NCBI GenBank assembly: GCA_964585295.1
Contig: CAZPCY010000003.1
Coordinates: forward strand, 66,990 to 130,989
From: an uncultured Candidatus Poseidoniales archaeon
GTDB taxonomy: Archaea > Thermoplasmatota > Poseidoniia > Poseidoniales > Thalassarchaeaceae
DNA length: 64,000 bases
Direction of reading: 5' to 3'
The notes below the pieces were generated by a model, which did not search any database, was not told the origin of the DNA, and worked only from the letters and a program-made list of their open reading frames with translations. Shown piece after piece: positions 28,187 to 37,314 of this stretch; position 1 is the first letter of the stretch; the number at the start of each line of letters is the position of its first letter. A program made the translations under genes and the position numbers.

Positions 28187-31100
28187 TCACCTCATCCCTC
28201 CGCCGCGGCTCTTGCCGACCGGAGCCATACTCTGCGCTCCGGAGCCGCGTGGTGGAGCCGGCATCATAGGTGCGCCACGGCCCTTACCATGAGGTTGTGC
28301 GCGTGCTTCCGGTGGAGGTGAAGCTGGACCCGACCGTTGCCTCTGCGGCGTCATCATCCCCTCATACGAGGTCCGTGTGTTCTGCTTCATCTTCCGTTGC
28401 AGGCGGAGTTCGGATTCCTCCTTCGCGGCGCCGCGGCGCATCATCCCGACCACTAACAATCCCATGGTGATCAAGGAGACCAATCCGATGGCGGCGGGCA
28501 ATCCATACTCCAGCAAGACATCCGCCTCGATCGCGTCGGGATCGATTAACAGCATGGTCGATGACTCCACCGCCGCCGGCTCGTCTGAGCCTGCATCCCT
28601 AGCCGAGATGGTCGTGTCTAACTCACCGGGTTCCGCCGAGGTGACGCGTCCGGTGAAAATCACAGTCGAGGTAGCGCCTTCGGTGCCGGCAGCCCCGAGT
28701 TCCACAGTCTGCACGGAGATGGGTGCTATCACTCCCTTTGGCACGGTCCATTCCACGGTTATGGTGAGTGGCACATCACCCGGATTAGTAAGCGTGCAGG
28801 TGACCTCGAACTCGCCACTGTCCGAGATGTTCTCTGCTATCGAATCGGGGGAGCAAGTCATGGTAATCTCCGCTTGGTTCCGCTCAGAATCGTCAGGCCA
28901 CCGGTCTGGGTCGACTGCACCAGGGGCGGTATTGTCGCCGTAGCCATCGCCGTCAGCATCCGTCCACTGTGTGGGCTCGTTCGGGAAGGAGTCCTGCGAA
29001 TCGGCGTAACCATCGGAGTCAGAATCAGCGCAGCCGAGGACTTCCCCCTCCGTGCTACTTCCATGCTCATCCGGGCAATCATCTCCCATCGTTCCCAGCG
29101 GGTCGTCACCGAATCCATCGAAGTCGGAGTCGGAATGCTGTGTGGCGTCCATCGGGAGGAAGTCGCCGGCATCCGACCAGCCGTCAGCATCCGTGTCTAG
29201 ACAGCCAAGAACATCGGCACTGGAATTGCCCGCAGTACTCGGGCAGTAATCCGGTGAGAAGCCGTTCGGATTGTCTCCATAGCCGTCTCCATCGCTGTCG
29301 TTCCACTGCGAGGCGTCATCGTCGAACGCATCCGCATCGTTCGACCAACCATCACCATCACCATCGGCGCATCCGCGTTTGTCGTGGAAGCTCGTGCCGG
29401 GCGTAGATAGGCAGTCATCAGCGCTGTTGCCGGTCGTGTTATCCCCATACCCATCGGCGTCGCTGTCCATCCACTGGGTCTCATCACCAGGGAATGCATC
29501 AGCGCCATCGGCGACCGTCCAAGAGGCGGACGGGTCGCTCCTGCCATCGCCATCAGTGTCGGGACAGCCAATCCGATCGGCTGTCGAAGTTCCTGAATGA
29601 GCCGGACAGGCATCGGCTGAATCCCCAACACCATCGCCGTCTACATCACTAGAGTGACCAGGGTCATTCGGCAGCGCGTCATCCGAATCTCGCACACCGT
29701 CTCCATCCGAGTCCGGACAACCGAATGCACCGATGGTGGAATTGCCCGCTTCGGTCGGGCAGGAATCGGGTTGCGTGCCGGTCGGCGAGTCACCGTAGCC
29801 GTCGCCGTCCGTGTCGGCGCTCTGCGAGGCGTCGTTCGGGAAGTCATCGGAACCATCTCCCACCCCGTCCCCATCACCGTCCGTCGTCTCATTGGCGTCA
29901 TTCGGGAAGTCGTCGTTTGGATCTGTCACGCCATCGCCGTCCGAATCGTCAATGCATCCGTCGGCGTCCTGATCCCATCCGCTGGAGTTCTCCGTTGGAC
30001 AGGAGTCGATGTCGTTGCCGATGCCATCTCCGTCGCCATCGTCGATGCAGCCATCCTGATTCGCATCCCATCCGGTCGAGGAGATGGTAGGACAGGCATC
30101 CGAGTTGTCGCCTATCGAGTCGCCATCCGTGTCGGCCCATTCGGAGGAATCTGAGATGAAGGCGTCGTTGGCATCGCTCTGTCCATCGCCGTCGGAATCA
30201 ACGCACCCGAATCGGTCCAGGGTCGAATTCCCCACCGTCGTTGGGCAGGCGTCTCCTTGGGCACCGGCGGCATTGTCGCCGAATCCATCACCGTCCGCAT
30301 CCGCCCACTGTGTGGGCTCGTTCGGCAGTGCATCGGCGCCGTCGGAAGTAGTCCAGTTCGTGTCGGAATTCGATCGTCCGTCGCCATCTGAGTCGACGCA
30401 ACCTGAGCGGTCGACGCTTGAGTTACCCACTACCGATGGACAGTCATCTCCGTCCACACCGGTATCGTTGTCCCCAAATCCGTCGCCATCGCTGTCGGCG
30501 TGCTGGGTGCCTTCGTTCGGGAAGTGGTCCTGATCGTCGGCCCACCCATCACCATCTCCGTCGAGGCAGCCCAAGGTGCCGTTCTGGGTCGAAGTCCCAG
30601 ATATGGTCGGGCAGTCATCAGCATCGGTGCCGCTCGAATTATCTCCGTATCCGTCACCGTCGGTATCGTTCCATTGGCTGTCGTCGTTGGGCAGCACATC
30701 GTGGTCGTCAGCCCAGCCATCGGAGTCCGAGTCGGCGCATCCTAGGATGGGATGGGTGGAATCGCCTGTCACCGTCGGACATCCGTCGGGCGAATTGCCG
30801 GAAGAGTTGTCTCCAAATCCATCGCCATCCGAATCGATGTACTGGGAGGAATCGGTCGGGAATGCATCAGCGCCATCAGACACGGTCCAGCCGCCGTCGG
30901 CGTCGGACCAACCGTCATCGTCGCTGTCGATACAGCCGTTGCGATCCTCCGACGAGTTCCCCGCGGTGGAGCCGCATGAGTCGGCGCCGTCGGAGGTGCT
31001 CCAGACAGCATCCACATCCGACCAGCCATCGGAATCCGAGTCCGGACATCCTTGTCTGTCGATGGTCGATGTGCCGACCGTTGCGGTGCAATCGTCGGAA

Positions 31101-33577
31101 TCGCTGCCGGTCGGATTGTCGCCGAAGCCATCGAAGTCAGCGTCCGCCCATTGGGTCGCATCGTTAGCGAACGCGTCGGCGCCGTCGTTTACCGTCCATC
31201 CCGAGTCTGGATTTGAGCGACCATCGCCATCCGAGTCCGTGCAGCCGGCGCGATCGATGGTCGAGGTACCGGAGATGCTTGGACAATCATCCGCTCCATC
31301 GATGAATCCGTCGCCATCGGCATCGGCGCTAATGTTCGTCATCGCGAGGCTGCGCGACAAGGCGAGCGCGAAGTGCTGAGGGCCAACCGCCACAGAGGTG
31401 CCAACGACGTGTACCTCCCAAGTGCCGCTGGATGGATTGGAGAGGATCTCTCCCACGAGGTTGTCTCGGTCGTTTGAGACATTTGTCCAAGTGCCATCAG
31501 GTGCCTTCAGGTGGAGGTCGAGATCGTTGACTAGATGGTTGCTGACGGAAGGGGTCGATTCAGGATCGGTCCACGATAGCACCACACGGAGATCGGAAGT
31601 CCCGGAAGGAACAGTGAAGCGGAACGCTCGCTCCTCGTTCGTAGAGACGGTCTCACCTTCGATCCAACTGCCATTCATCATGGTCGACATGTTCACCCGA
31701 CCCCATCCCTCGTGGTCGTTGGGAGCGTCCTCTCCTGCGCCGTTGGTACTCGACGAATACTGTCCAGCCATGTCGCTCGCACCTGCGGTGAAAATCGCCT
31801 TTACTAGGGCCGATGAAGGGTCGGTGTGATTCTCGTTCTCGATCAGATGCTCCAGCAGTAGTGCGGTGGCCCCGGCTGTGAGTGGAGTGGCCATCGAGGT
31901 CCCTCCCATGTAGGTGTACGAGGAGTTGTAAGCGAGCCATCCGGTGTCGCTGGTCGATCGCGATTTGGTGGAGAGGATGAAGGTCCCAGGAGCTGAGACT
32001 TCAGGCTTCAGGCGCTGGTCATCGGTCGGGCCTCGGCTTGAGAAAGCCGCCATCCCTTCCGGATGGCCTGTGTTGTCATCGCTCCTGATTGGCTCAGCAT
32101 ATTCGGAACCCCACGACCCTGGGTAGTAGCAGCTGCCATCACCTTGGCAGAGGACCGTTCTGCCGTTCTCCGATGCACCTACCGTAAGCACGTTCTTGGC
32201 GGTCGCAGGAGCGCCCAAGGAATCCAGATCTATCTCGCCATCCTGATTCCCGTCAGCGCCTTCGTTGGCGGCGGCGAAGAGGACGGTCAGATTGCGGTGC
32301 ACCCTAGCGCCAATGTCAGCCTGCATCGAAGTCGATGTGTACTGGCCGGCGACATCACTGCCCCACGAATTCGTGTGGACGCGGCTGCCATTCGCCACCG
32401 CGTCGTCGTACATGTGGGAAAGATTGGATGGAAAGCCGATTAGGTAGGATTTACCATCCCGGTTGCAATAGATGTCGACGGCTTGGAAGACGAGGTGTGC
32501 TTCGGTCGCGGAGCCGATGATGCTGCCACCGGAATCAGTGCCGTCACCGAGGACCGAACCGGCGACGTGGGTTCCATGTCCATCGATATCGGATGCACCA
32601 TCGTTGGCGTTGCCTCCACAGTAGTTGTGGTTGCCTTGACTCATCGAATAGGAGACGATGCCTGTGATATGGTCGCGCAAGTCGGGGTGCATGTTGCTGT
32701 TGTTGACGCCGTTGTCCAGACCGGTGTCTGCCACGGTTACCGTGATGCCGCTTCCGTCCAATCCATTCCAAGACGAGTCGAGACCCTGCATGTTGCTGGT
32801 TGACTCTACCCAATCGACCTCCATCACCTCGCGGCCGACGTCGTTGAAAGTGCGCCGTTCGAACGACGGCTCGATGAACTCGACCTCATCGAGGGTCGAG
32901 AGGTGAGCGATTCCACGAGTCGTCGCATCTACGCTGATGAAGCGGTCATCGTGTGACAGGATACTGACCGAACCTAGTGGGGCACCGTACAAGTCTGGCG
33001 CTTCCTCGCCGGACAGAACCAAGGTGAAGACACCGCGGCCGCGCTCGTGCAGCCTCGCTTCGTACTCGCCAAGCAGAGCGGCGGCGGTCCACTCGTGCAT
33101 GCGATCGATCGGATCGAAGCGCGCCATCGCGATGACTCCGGAATCAGCGAGTTCAGTCGAGCGATGGCCCGAAAGCAAGCAGTGGAATGACTGCGGTGGA
33201 ATGAACGAACGACACTCGATGCCGACGGATTGGAGTTCTCCTTTCCACTCGGTGGGAACAGGGGCCTCATGCGCTAGGATCATCCAACCGTCGAGAGCGC
33301 CGTTCCCGAACGAGGAGCGCCAATCCCGCTGCTGCACGAGAATTGAATCGCGGTGTCGAAGATGAGCGACGACTGACCCCTCCTCCTTCTCACCCCAACC
33401 GTGCTCGGCATCGCCGATTGGCTCCACGCCGATGGCGCGCAGTGAATCAAGATCGATGTTCGGTTCAATCGTCGACCCAGAGCCATCTGAACCAGCAGCC
33501 AGCGCTGGCGCGAGAGGTTGGATCAGCATCAGGAGAGTGAGCGTCAGGCATCTGGCGGTCGTTGCGCGGGTGAACAT
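28187..33577 (-). CDS. secreted subtilisin-like serine peptidase (S8) with long array of thrombospondin type-3 Ca-binding repeats, C-terminal TM anchor and P/G/R-rich tail
   Basis: Signal peptide 'MFTRATTARCLTLTLLMLIQPLAPALAAG'. S8 catalytic-triad motifs 'VTVADTGLD', 'HGTHVAGSV' and 'GGTSMATPLTAGATALL'. More than 25 repeats of the form 'DSDGDGxxDxxDxFPND'. A hydrophobic helix near the C-terminus is followed by 'RRGAAKEE...' and a Pro/Gly/Arg-rich tail. Confidence 0.8.
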   Translation of the reverse strand: MFTRATTARCLTLTLLMLIQPLAPALAAGSDGSGSTIEPNIDLDSLRAIGVEPIGDAEHGWGEKEEGSVVAHLRHRDSILVQQRDWRSSFGNGALDGWMILAHEAPVPTEWKGELQSVGIECRSFIPPQSFHCLLSGHRSTELADSGVIAMARFDPIDRMHEWTAAALLGEYEARLHERGRGVFTLVLSGEEAPDLYGAPLGSVSILSHDDRFISVDATTRGIAHLSTLDEVEFIEPSFERRTFNDVGREVMEVDWVESTSNMQGLDSSWNGLDGSGITVTVADTGLDNGVNNSNMHPDLRDHITGIVSYSMSQGNHNYCGGNANDGASDIDGHGTHVAGSVLGDGTDSGGSIIGSATEAHLVFQAVDIYCNRDGKSYLIGFPSNLSHMYDDAVANGSRVHTNSWGSDVAGQYTSTSMQADIGARVHRNLTVLFAAANEGADGNQDGEIDLDSLGAPATAKNVLTVGASENGRTVLCQGDGSCYYPGSWGSEYAEPIRSDDNTGHPEGMAAFSSRGPTDDQRLKPEVSAPGTFILSTKSRSTSDTGWLAYNSSYTYMGGTSMATPLTAGATALLLEHLIENENHTDPSSALVKAIFTAGASDMAGQYSSSTNGAGEDAPNDHEGWGRVNMSTMMNGSWIEGETVSTNEERAFRFTVPSGTSDLRVVLSWTDPESTPSVSNHLVNDLDLHLKAPDGTWTNVSNDRDNLVGEILSNPSSGTWEVHVVGTSVAVGPQHFALALSRSLAMTNISADADGDGFIDGADDCPSISGTSTIDRAGCTDSDGDGRSNPDSGWTVNDGADAFANDATQWADADFDGFGDNPTGSDSDDCTATVGTSTIDRQGCPDSDSDGWSDVDAVWSTSDGADSCGSTAGNSSEDRNGCIDSDDDGWSDADGGWTVSDGADAFPTDSSQYIDSDGDGFGDNSSGNSPDGCPTVTGDSTHPILGCADSDSDGWADDHDVLPNDDSQWNDTDGDGYGDNSSGTDADDCPTISGTSTQNGTLGCLDGDGDGWADDQDHFPNEGTQHADSDGDGFGDNDTGVDGDDCPSVVGNSSVDRSGCVDSDGDGRSNSDTNWTTSDGADALPNEPTQWADADGDGFGDNAAGAQGDACPTTVGNSTLDRFGCVDSDGDGQSDANDAFISDSSEWADTDGDSIGDNSDACPTISSTGWDANQDGCIDDGDGDGIGNDIDSCPTENSSGWDQDADGCIDDSDGDGVTDPNDDFPNDANETTDGDGDGVGDGSDDFPNDASQSADTDGDGYGDSPTGTQPDSCPTEAGNSTIGAFGCPDSDGDGVRDSDDALPNDPGHSSDVDGDGVGDSADACPAHSGTSTADRIGCPDTDGDGRSDPSASWTVADGADAFPGDETQWMDSDADGYGDNTTGNSADDCLSTPGTSFHDKRGCADGDGDGWSNDADAFDDDASQWNDSDGDGYGDNPNGFSPDYCPSTAGNSSADVLGCLDTDADGWSDAGDFLPMDATQHSDSDFDGFGDDPLGTMGDDCPDEHGSSTEGEVLGCADSDSDGYADSQDSFPNEPTQWTDADGDGYGDNTAPGAVDPDRWPDDSERNQAEITMTCSPDSIAENISDSGEFEVTCTLTNPGDVPLTITVEWTVPKGVIAPISVQTVELGAAGTEGATSTVIFTGRVTSAEPGELDTTISARDAGSDEPAAVESSTMLLIDPDAIEADVLLEYGLPAAIGLVSLITMGLLVVGMMRRGAAKEESELRLQRKMKQNTRTSYEGMMTPQRQRSGPASPPPEARAQPHGKGRGAPMMPAPPRGSGAQSMAPVGKSRGGGMR

Positions 33578-33719
33578 CGTACCGGCAGGACGGAGGAGCG
33601 ATATGAAGGTGCACTCGGACGGCTGTTGTCCTCAGATCTAGGCCTGGCCATCTAAAACCGGTATGCAAAGCACCTCATCACCTTCTAGTGCATCGTCCCA
33701 AGAGGTGATTCCGGAGGCC

Positions 33720-35021
33720 CTAGAATAGAAGGAAAGGACGGCGGCAATCGAGCGCCCTCCTGATGCCAGAGGTTCCGAGCATTCGGAGACCTGCCTCGAC
33801 CAGCGCATCCGTCCGACCGAATGTCCAGAAGAGCCGCTTGGTTCGCAGGCTATTGCGCAAGGATTGCCCGAAGGTCGTACGCAGTCGCTCGCTGTAGGAG
33901 ATGAGGGGCGTACCGGATTGTCGAGCCGAGATCACCGCCTCGGCGGCCATCATCCCAGATGCCATCGCTTGACCAATTCCCCCGCCGTTTGAAGGCATCA
34001 CCAGTCCGGCCGCATCTCCTACGGAGAGGACGTTTCTATGGACGGGGTCACTAATCGGGCCACCCATCGGTATGTACCCCCCACCGTAGGAGAGGATGGT
34101 GACCCCCAGAGTGTTGCAGAACGCTTCGAGCAGTTCCTTCAGAGGCCTCTGAACGGCGCCCATCCTGATTCCGAGTCCGACGTTGGCCATCCCATCCTTC
34201 GGAATGATCCAAGCGTACCCACCCGGTGCGAATCCACCGATGAACACATCGAACGAGGGTGGGAGATCGCCGGACACCTGAGCATAGATCGAGGGGAGTA
34301 GATTTGGTGGTCGATCCTCGACTCCAAGTAGTCGACGGACATGGCCGAGAGATCCTGAGGCATCGATGATGTGGTCAGCGGTGTAGCGAGAGCAATTCGT
34401 CACGTAGACATCCGGCGAGCGCTCCCGCCGGTTCAGGACATTCTGCAACGGCTCCCCTAGCCGAATCTCGGCCCCGGCTCGCCGCGCCAATTCGGTCAGA
34501 TGCCCATCGAATTGGAGGCGGTGTGCACTGTAACAGTCGAGTTCGAATGCGTAGGCCTTCATCCTAGGAGTGAAAACCCGCATCCAATCCAGTCTTCTGC
34601 TCAGGATGTGCGAAGGGTATCGGAAGCGCTCGGCGAGCCAATCTTCCCGCTCCAGCATGGGGAAGGTCTCCGTCATCTCCCCCCAACCAGGGATACACTC
34701 CCCGCATTGAGCGGGGTTGCCTGAGATGGCGCGCTTCTCCAGAACGAGGACATCGACTCCCTCTTCGGCGAGGCGCTCCGCTGCGATTGAACCTCCAGGT
34801 CCAGCACCGATGATCAGAACCTCACGATGTTCGATGGACCGACGCTTGGCACCGGTTCGACCATCACTCTGAGGTTGACCTGGCTCGGAGTCAGACGGAT
34901 CTGGGCCATTGGCAACCCCACCTGCAAGAACCATCGCTTCCGGAATTTCGGCAGGACCGATTTCCTCGTTGGACTCATGGAGGGCGGTGGCACCCTCCAT
35001 CGAATCACGACCTTCGCCCAA
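33720..35021 (-). CDS. geranylgeranyl reductase family (digeranylgeranylglycerophospholipid reductase-like), FAD-dependent
   Basis: 'VLIIGAGPGGSIAAERLA' dinucleotide fold, 'NPAQCGECIPGW' (the CGE motif of archaeal GGRs) and 'GDAAGLVMPSNGGGIGQAMASG'. The true start is probably internal to the ORF-track call. Confidence 0.75.
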   Translation of the reverse strand: MGEGRDSMEGATALHESNEEIGPAEIPEAMVLAGGVANGPDPSDSEPGQPQSDGRTGAKRRSIEHREVLIIGAGPGGSIAAERLAEEGVDVLVLEKRAISGNPAQCGECIPGWGEMTETFPMLEREDWLAERFRYPSHILSRRLDWMRVFTPRMKAYAFELDCYSAHRLQFDGHLTELARRAGAEIRLGEPLQNVLNRRERSPDVYVTNCSRYTADHIIDASGSLGHVRRLLGVEDRPPNLLPSIYAQVSGDLPPSFDVFIGGFAPGGYAWIIPKDGMANVGLGIRMGAVQRPLKELLEAFCNTLGVTILSYGGGYIPMGGPISDPVHRNVLSVGDAAGLVMPSNGGGIGQAMASGMMAAEAVISARQSGTPLISYSERLRTTFGQSLRNSLRTKRLFWTFGRTDALVEAGLRMLGTSGIRRALDCRRPFLLF

Positions 35022-35985
35022 TCGACCGCTCGGAGAGACCCCTCATCATATCGCGCGCCTCGCTTTCAGGAAGTCGCGATAGATGGTCTAGGGCCCTACC
35101 GAGATGGTTCTCGACGAGTTGTCTGGTGTAGATGAACGATCCCGCCTCCTCCAATGCCGAAGTAAATTCTTCCCAATCGTCGTCGTGGAACGATTCCAAC
35201 AGCGCTGAGAGACGACGACGCCTCTCGCCATGTGACATGGTCAGAGCGTGGATGATTGGTAAGGTCATCTTGCCCTCATGCACATCCGTCCCCCTCGGCT
35301 TACCCATCTCCTCTTCACCGGTGAGATCGAGCAGATCATCCACAATCTGGAACGCCAAACCAACTTCTAGGCCGAATCCTCCGAGGGTCTCGGCGACATC
35401 CTCTCCGGCGCCAGCGACCAGAGCCGCGGCTTGGCAGGCGGTCCGAAACGGACCGGCGGTCTTACCCTCGATGATGTCATAGTAATCATCTGGGGTGGTT
35501 GCGAGATCACCAATGTGGCGAAGTTGCTTCAATTCGGAAGCGGCTATTCGAGAGCAGGTCTCAGCGACCGCATCGACCACTCGGCGATTGTATCTCCCTC
35601 CCAGCCCGAAACCGAGTACGAACAGGTGATCTCCGGCGATAATCGCCTTCGCATCACCCACGGTTGAGTGGAGAGTCTGCACCCCTCTCCTTAGCCGTGC
35701 ACCATCGTTCAGATCATCATGCACCAAGGTGGCGGTGTGAATCAGCTCGAATGCGAGGGCGAGATCCATCACTGGAGCGTGGTCGCCGCCACCTGCTGCC
35801 TCGTGCGCCAGCAACGTTAGGACTGGGCGCCATCGCTTCCCTCCGGCGAGGAGAATCGAGCGGGAGAGCGCCATCGCCTCCGAGGAAGGGCCTGCCATCT
35901 CGTCCTCGACGAGAGAGACGAGGGCCCGCTCGACTTCGTCACGCAGCGCGGCGAGATGATTGTGGATGGCTTCCGGTCCGACCAT
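35005..35985 (-). CDS. idsA: geranylgeranyl diphosphate synthase (trans-polyprenyl synthetase)
   Basis: First and second aspartate-rich motifs 'LVHDDLND' and 'FQIVDDLLD'. Adjacent to GGR. Confidence 0.85.
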   Translation of the reverse strand: MVGPEAIHNHLAALRDEVERALVSLVEDEMAGPSSEAMALSRSILLAGGKRWRPVLTLLAHEAAGGGDHAPVMDLALAFELIHTATLVHDDLNDGARLRRGVQTLHSTVGDAKAIIAGDHLFVLGFGLGGRYNRRVVDAVAETCSRIAASELKQLRHIGDLATTPDDYYDIIEGKTAGPFRTACQAAALVAGAGEDVAETLGGFGLEVGLAFQIVDDLLDLTGEEEMGKPRGTDVHEGKMTLPIIHALTMSHGERRRRLSALLESFHDDDWEEFTSALEEAGSFIYTRQLVENHLGRALDHLSRLPESEARDMMRGLSERSIGRRS

Positions 35986-36014
35986 GGATGGCTCGTAGGG
36001 AGCGTGGCGTTCGC

Positions 36015-36020
36015 TATAAA
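36015..36020 (+). promoter_or_regulatory. TATA-box candidate (TATAAA) about 29 bp upstream of ATG 36049
   Basis: 'tcgcTATAAAcagg' in the 63-bp divergent gap between idsA and the HemC-like gene. The spacing fits an archaeal leaderless or short-leader promoter. Confidence 0.35.
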
Positions 36021-36048
36021 CAGGAGTCCGCCGCCGTGCGATACGGAG

Positions 36049-37104
36049 ATGCGAGTGGAGGAGACGCTATCGATAGTCTGTGCTTCAAGTGCGACCCATC
36101 CGGCGGAGGAACGGCTCCGACAATCGATTGGCGACAGCGATGGGTTCGTAGTCGTACGATCCGATTCCTGTGGAGAGGCACTCGCGTCGCTTTCGGAAGG
36201 TGCAGCAGACCTCGCGGCCGTGCCAGCCGACGAAGTCCACTCAGACCTCGAATCGCTGCGCCATCTCGACCTCGAGGTGGTCGGTGCGCTGCGGAGGAAG
36301 CATCCGTTCCATGTCCTCGTGTCCGACGATCGGATCGACTATCTCCCAAAGGGCGCGATAGTCCTCGCCGACGAGGCCATTGTCAGGCGACAGATGCGAA
36401 GGCGGAGGGCTGGCTTAGTTCTCCGTTCGCATCGCGCCTTCGCCACTTCCGAGGATCTCGATCTTCCGGACGATGATCTCGAGCGATTCAGATGGGCAGA
36501 AGCGCTACGATCATCTGGCGCCATCGACGGCCACATCGCTCCGAGGCCGCTGTTTGAGAGCGCAGGGGCGCGAGCGAGAAGGCACGCCCTGCAGATCGAT
36601 CCGGAGGATCGAGGAATCCCTCGATTTACCCCCGTCCCATTCACCGACCTATGCGTTATCGTGGCGCGCCGCGGCTTCCCTCGCCGGATGCTGCGAGGAA
36701 TCTCCGACCCTGAGTCAGAGAGCGCTTGGATGGTCCACGAGAGAGTGCTCGCGGAGACGCCCGACAACCTCCACAATCGCTTGGGACTGTTGATCAGACA
36801 CCGGCAGATCTCGACCTTGCTAAACGAGGCGGAGCGGCTCGGTGATCTGTTCATCATCGACTCGGAAATCAACCCGGAAGGGGAGGTCGTCGCCGATGAC
36901 ACTCGCGTAGAAATCGTGGTGGAGATTCTGTCGAGAAATGGTCGCAGGACTGTCTGCGTCGAGAGGGTTGTGCCAGTCGGCGACCTACATTCCATCCTCC
37001 CTTTCCTCTGCATCGACTGGAATACGTACCTAGAGAGAAGTCAGGAGCCGCACGACGAGAGCATCCGAGATGGACCTGCGCGCCCCCCCTTCCTCGACCC
37101 CTGA
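36049..37104 (+). CDS. hypothetical protein; possible highly diverged porphobilinogen-deaminase (HemC)-like fold
   Basis: Collinear weak matches to HemC motifs: 'DLAAV..VHSDLESL' vs DIAVHSxKDxP; 'GAIVLADEAIVRRQMRRRR' vs GAxVGTSSLRRQaQL..RpDL; 'DGHIAPRPLFESAGA' vs DAIILAxAGLKRLG; 'FTDLCVIVARRG' vs GQGAxxIECR; a C-terminal Cys in 'RRTVCVERVVP'. Several catalytic positions are substituted. The ORF-track start (35956) is replaced by ATG 36049 on the basis of the TATA box. Confidence 0.3.
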   Translation: MRVEETLSIVCASSATHPAEERLRQSIGDSDGFVVVRSDSCGEALASLSEGAADLAAVPADEVHSDLESLRHLDLEVVGALRRKHPFHVLVSDDRIDYLPKGAIVLADEAIVRRQMRRRRAGLVLRSHRAFATSEDLDLPDDDLERFRWAEALRSSGAIDGHIAPRPLFESAGARARRHALQIDPEDRGIPRFTPVPFTDLCVIVARRGFPRRMLRGISDPESESAWMVHERVLAETPDNLHNRLGLLIRHRQISTLLNEAERLGDLFIIDSEINPEGEVVADDTRVEIVVEILSRNGRRTVCVERVVPVGDLHSILPFLCIDWNTYLERSQEPHDESIRDGPARPPFLDP

Positions 37105-37272
37105 TAGTGAGGGAGCCTCTTGGGGCGGCCGAATCCACATCACCAATCCATCTGCAGGATTGCTCGGTTCGAACGTCTTCTGCCGCCCTTGGCGACTTCC
37201 GTACGCTAGGGCATCGGCATTCGAGGAGGGGTTGCTAGAACGGGATGAAGCGGAGCGCGACGGTCGCAACCT

Positions 37273-37280
37273 ATACATTT
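37273..37280 (+). promoter_or_regulatory. TATA-like element (TATACATT) ~38 bp upstream of ATG 37315, followed by GGAGGG
   Basis: Seen in sequence. The spacing is compatible with a short 5' UTR carrying an SD-like element. Confidence 0.3.
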
Positions 37281-37314
37281 GCAGCGAAGGCGACCGAGCG
37301 AGGAGGGATCGACC

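Noticed and set aside
28377-31379. Possibility that the highly regular DNA repeats inside 28.4-31.4 kb are a CRISPR array or a satellite
   Set aside because: The repeats are in-frame codon repeats of the TSP3 unit within one continuous 5.4-kb ORF with a signal peptide and S8 catalytic motifs. There are no spacer/repeat alternation and no cas genes.
35956-36048. ORF-track 5' extension of the HemC-like gene overlapping the idsA start
   Set aside because: A TATAAA box at 36015-36020 lies inside the extension and is correctly spaced for the ATG at 36049. The extension would overlap the divergent idsA start codon.
37141-37200. tRNA-like T-loop 'GGTTCGAAC' at ~37167
   Set aside because: Flanking bases cannot form a T-stem, acceptor stem or anticodon arm. 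It is an isolated chance match.
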